The notes under the pieces are model-generated. The model made no database searches. It had not been told where the DNA came from and saw only the letters and a program-made list of their open reading frames with translations. The translations under genes were made by a program, and so were the position numbers. From Bacillota bacterium (GTDB taxonomy: Bacteria; Bacillota; Clostridia; Christensenellales; CAG-138), in NCBI GenBank assembly GCA_016286445.1, contig JAEESS010000001.1, positions 35,736 through 99,735 on the forward strand: a DNA stretch of 64,000 nt, read 5' to 3'. This document shows, piece by piece, positions 61,332 through 64,000 of this stretch. Every line of letters begins with the position of its first letter. Positions within the stretch are counted from its first letter, which is position 1.

Positions 61332-62375
61332 ATGAAACAGATTCAAGTAGCACTTTGGGGATTCGGTGCAATGGGCAGCGGTATCGCAAAAGTCCTGCTG
61401 ACCAAAAAAGGCGTTGAGATCACCGGCGTTTGCGATATCCATCCGGATCGCGTCGGCAAGAGCATCTATGAGCTGCTCGGTGTGGAGCGCGGCGACCGCA
61501 ATGACGTGAAGGTCATCGGCGACATCGACGCAGCGCTCAATCCGAAGCCCGATCTCTGCATTCTTGCAACCGATTCGTTCACCAAGAAGGCTTATCCGAA
61601 AATCTGCCATCTGATCGAAAAGGGCGTTAACGTCATCTCCACTGCCGAAGAAATGAGCTATCCGCGTGCGCAGAACCCCGAGCTCGCGGACAAGATGGAC
61701 GCGCTTGCAAAGGGCGCGGGCGTTTCCGTTCTCGGCACGGGCATCAACCCGGGTTTGATGATGGACCTTCTCGCGATCTGTCTGTCTGGCTGCATGACGG
61801 ACGTCGAGCATGTGCTGTGCAAGCGCGTGAACTCCCTCTCCCCCTTCGGTCCTGCCGTTATGGAGGAACAGGGCGTCGGTCTGACCGTGGAGCAGTTCGA
61901 GGAAGGCTGCAAGAACGGCACGCTGGCGGGTCACGTCGGCTTTGCGGAGTCCGTCGGCATGATCGGCGAAGCGCTCGGCTTTGAGATCGATCGCTTTGAA
62001 CAGCAGATGAAGCCGATCGTGACGACCGTTGACCGCAAGTCCCCCTACGGCTTTGCGAAAGCTGGCGACGTCGCGGGCGTCAACATGACCGGTCAGGGCT
62101 ATATCGGCGACAAGGTCATGATCGACATGATCCATCCGCAGCAGATCGAGCCGGAGCTTGAAGGCACCTACACCGGCGATTACATCACGCTGACCGGCAC
62201 GCCGAACGTCAACATGCAGATCAAGCCGGAGGTCAACGGCGGCATCGGCACGATCGCCATGTGCGTCAACATGATCCCGCACGTTCTTAATGCGACCCCG
62301 GGTCTCAAGACGATGATCGATCTGCCCGTACCGCATGCGATCATGGGCGATATGCGCAATTATCTGAATAAATAA
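61332..62375 (+). CDS. ord: 2,4-diaminopentanoate dehydrogenase
   Basis: WGFGAMGSG, STAEEM, GTGINPG, RVNSLSPFG, GHVGF; precedes ortA/ortB. Confidence 0.92.
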   Translation: MKQIQVALWGFGAMGSGIAKVLLTKKGVEITGVCDIHPDRVGKSIYELLGVERGDRNDVKVIGDIDAALNPKPDLCILATDSFTKKAYPKICHLIEKGVNVISTAEEMSYPRAQNPELADKMDALAKGAGVSVLGTGINPGLMMDLLAICLSGCMTDVEHVLCKRVNSLSPFGPAVMEEQGVGLTVEQFEEGCKNGTLAGHVGFAESVGMIGEALGFEIDRFEQQMKPIVTTVDRKSPYGFAKAGDVAGVNMTGQGYIGDKVMIDMIHPQQIEPELEGTYTGDYITLTGTPNVNMQIKPEVNGGIGTIAMCVNMIPHVLNATPGLKTMIDLPVPHAIMGDMRNYLNK

Positions 62376-62385
62376 GGAGTGTATC

Positions 62386-62694
62386 ATGGCAAAGAAAAAC
62401 GACTGGGTACAGATCCATATCGACGTTCTGAAGCCCGAAGAACGCGCGACGAACATCCCCGAGGATACGCGTCACGTTCCGCTTGAAATGTGGGTCAAGG
62501 GACATCTTGTCAACGAAGAAGCAGAGATCGGCGATACCGTTACGGTCGTCACCAAGACGGGACGCATCGTTGAAGGCACGATGTGCGCCGTCAATCCCTC
62601 CTTTAAGCATAACTTCGGCGATTATGTACCGGAGCTCGATCAGATCGAAGAGACCGTAAAAACCATTCTGTTCGGAGGTAGAAACAATGCTTGA
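62386..62694 (+). CDS. ortA: 2-amino-4-oxopentanoate thiolase alpha subunit
   Basis: WVQIH..ERA..PEDT..VPLEMWVKG..HNFG. Confidence 0.93.
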   Translation: MAKKNDWVQIHIDVLKPEERATNIPEDTRHVPLEMWVKGHLVNEEAEIGDTVTVVTKTGRIVEGTMCAVNPSFKHNFGDYVPELDQIEETVKTILFGGRNNA

Positions 62695-64000
62695 CAACAG
62701 CTATACAGCCGTCATGGCGCGCAAAAACGAGATCATGAAGCGTGCCGTCGGAATGGACTACGATCTCTTTGAAAGCGGCTCCATTGCGTTCGATTACGAA
62801 GCGATGATGGCGGCGACCGGCTACACGCTCGACGCCGTCCGCAAGATCCAGACCGAGGAGTTTCAGATCGGAAACACGCCGATCTATGAGCTTAAAAATC
62901 TCACCGCGCTTGCGCGTGCCTGCGCGCCCGAAGGCATGGGCGCCCGTATCTTCGTTAAAGACGAAGCGTCCAACCTGTCCGGCAGCTTCAAAGTCCGCCG
63001 CGCGGCAACCAGCATCTATCAGGCGCGAAAGATGGGCTATAAGGGCGTCATCTCCGCAACGTCGGGCAACTACGGCGCGGCGGTCGCCGCATGCGCCGCA
63101 AAAGCGGGCTTAAAGTGCATCGTTGTCCAGGAATGCTTCGATTCCAAGGGCGTCGGTCAGCCGGAGATCATTGAAAAAGCGAGAAAGTGCGAAGCGCTCG
63201 GCGCGGAAGTCGTTCAGCTGACGGTCGGTCCGGAGCTGTTCTATATGTTCCTCCGCATGCTCGAAGAGACCGGATATTTCAACGCGTCGCTCTATACGCC
63301 GTTCGGCATTGCGGGCGTCGAAACGCTCGGTTACGAGATCGCGCAGCAGTGCAGGCTGACGCTCGGCAGAGATCCCGATACGGTCGTCTGCACCAACGCG
63401 GGCGGCGGCAATCTGACCGGTACCGCGCGCGGTCTTCTGAAGGCGGGCTGCAAAGCCGAAGTTGTCGCGGCGAGCGTCAACCTTTCCGGTCTGCATATGG
63501 CGAGCGACCACCAGTTCAATCTGAAATCGTTCACGACCGGTCACACCGGTTTCGGCATGCCGTTCTCGACCTGGCCGGACCGCAGCGACGTTCCGAGAAG
63601 CGCGGCAAGACCGCTTCGCTACATGGATCGTTATGTGACCGTCAATCAGGGCGAGGTCTTCTATACCACCGAAATGCTTGCGGCGCTCGAAGGCATGGAA
63701 AAGGGTCCTGCGGGCAATACGTCCCTTGCGGCTGCGTTCGCGCTTTCGCAGACGATGCCGAAGGACAAGATCATCGTTGTACAGGAGACCGAGTATACCG
63801 GCGCGGGCAAGCATGTCAACGCGCAGCTGAGCTTTGCGCGCTCGAATGGAATCGACATTCACTTCGGCAATCCCGAAGAGGAAGTCCCGGGAAAGAGCAT
63901 CATTCTCCCCTCCCATCCGTCGATGATCAAAGCGCGTCCTGCGGACATGACGCATCTCCGCACTTCGCTGATTCACAATGCGATTAAGATGACCGGTAAG
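62687..64000 (+). CDS. ortB: 2-amino-4-oxopentanoate thiolase beta subunit (runs off window end; not in ORF track)
   Basis: ATG 62687 after GGAGG; translates MLDNSYTAVMARKNEIMK..IGNTP..KDEASNLSGSFKVRRA..ATSGNYGAAVA, PLP fold-type II. Confidence 0.92.
   Translation, partial: MLDNSYTAVMARKNEIMKRAVGMDYDLFESGSIAFDYEAMMAATGYTLDAVRKIQTEEFQIGNTPIYELKNLTALARACAPEGMGARIFVKDEASNLSGSFKVRRAATSIYQARKMGYKGVISATSGNYGAAVAACAAKAGLKCIVVQECFDSKGVGQPEIIEKARKCEALGAEVVQLTVGPELFYMFLRMLEETGYFNASLYTPFGIAGVETLGYEIAQQCRLTLGRDPDTVVCTNAGGGNLTGTARGLLKAGCKAEVVAASVNLSGLHMASDHQFNLKSFTTGHTGFGMPFSTWPDRSDVPRSAARPLRYMDRYVTVNQGEVFYTTEMLAALEGMEKGPAGNTSLAAAFALSQTMPKDKIIVVQETEYTGAGKHVNAQLSFARSNGIDIHFGNPEEEVPGKSIILPSHPSMIKARPADMTHLRTSLIHNAIKMTGK

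Noticed and set aside
62886-63987. ORF-track calls 62886-63113, 63110-63976 and 63187-63987
   Set aside because: Alternative frames of ortB, which starts at 62687 and is missing from the track because it has no stop in the window.

Overview
Core chromosome of a GC-rich, spore-forming Clostridia-class Firmicute (SASPs, spoIIID, Firmicute SOS box, type A RNase P RNA; lineage inferred, not database-checked). Content is mostly housekeeping: DNA repair (uvrC, xth, recG, mutSL, lexA, rnhA, recD2), tRNA modification (miaAB, mnmA, trmK), glyQS, an EF-G paralog, thyA/folA, a class A PBP, two tRNAs, rnpB, a YedE/TusA/desulfurase selenium-sulfur relay and the start of the ord-ortA-ortB ornithine oxidation operon. 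Three things stand out. (1) A lone XerS-like tyrosine recombinase has a perfect 16-6-16 bp inverted repeat over its own promoter (34526-34563), near where dominant gene orientation flips from + to -. This is a candidate single-recombinase Xer/dif system at the replication terminus. (2) A 1.79 kb transposase-free insertion (9266-11052) is bracketed by a 23 bp duplication of a terminator hairpin and carries a REP-like palindrome, an oriT-like hairpin cluster and an AT-rich lipoprotein gene. (3) Inside it, a ~165 nt structured leader (9831-9998) starts at the predicted +1 of a near-consensus promoter and has mutually exclusive terminator/antiterminator pairings, making it a candidate riboswitch-like RNA. 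Lesser observations are apparent pseudo-enzymes, leaderless genes and ribosome-binding sites buried in terminators. All calls are from motif recognition by eye; no searches were run.
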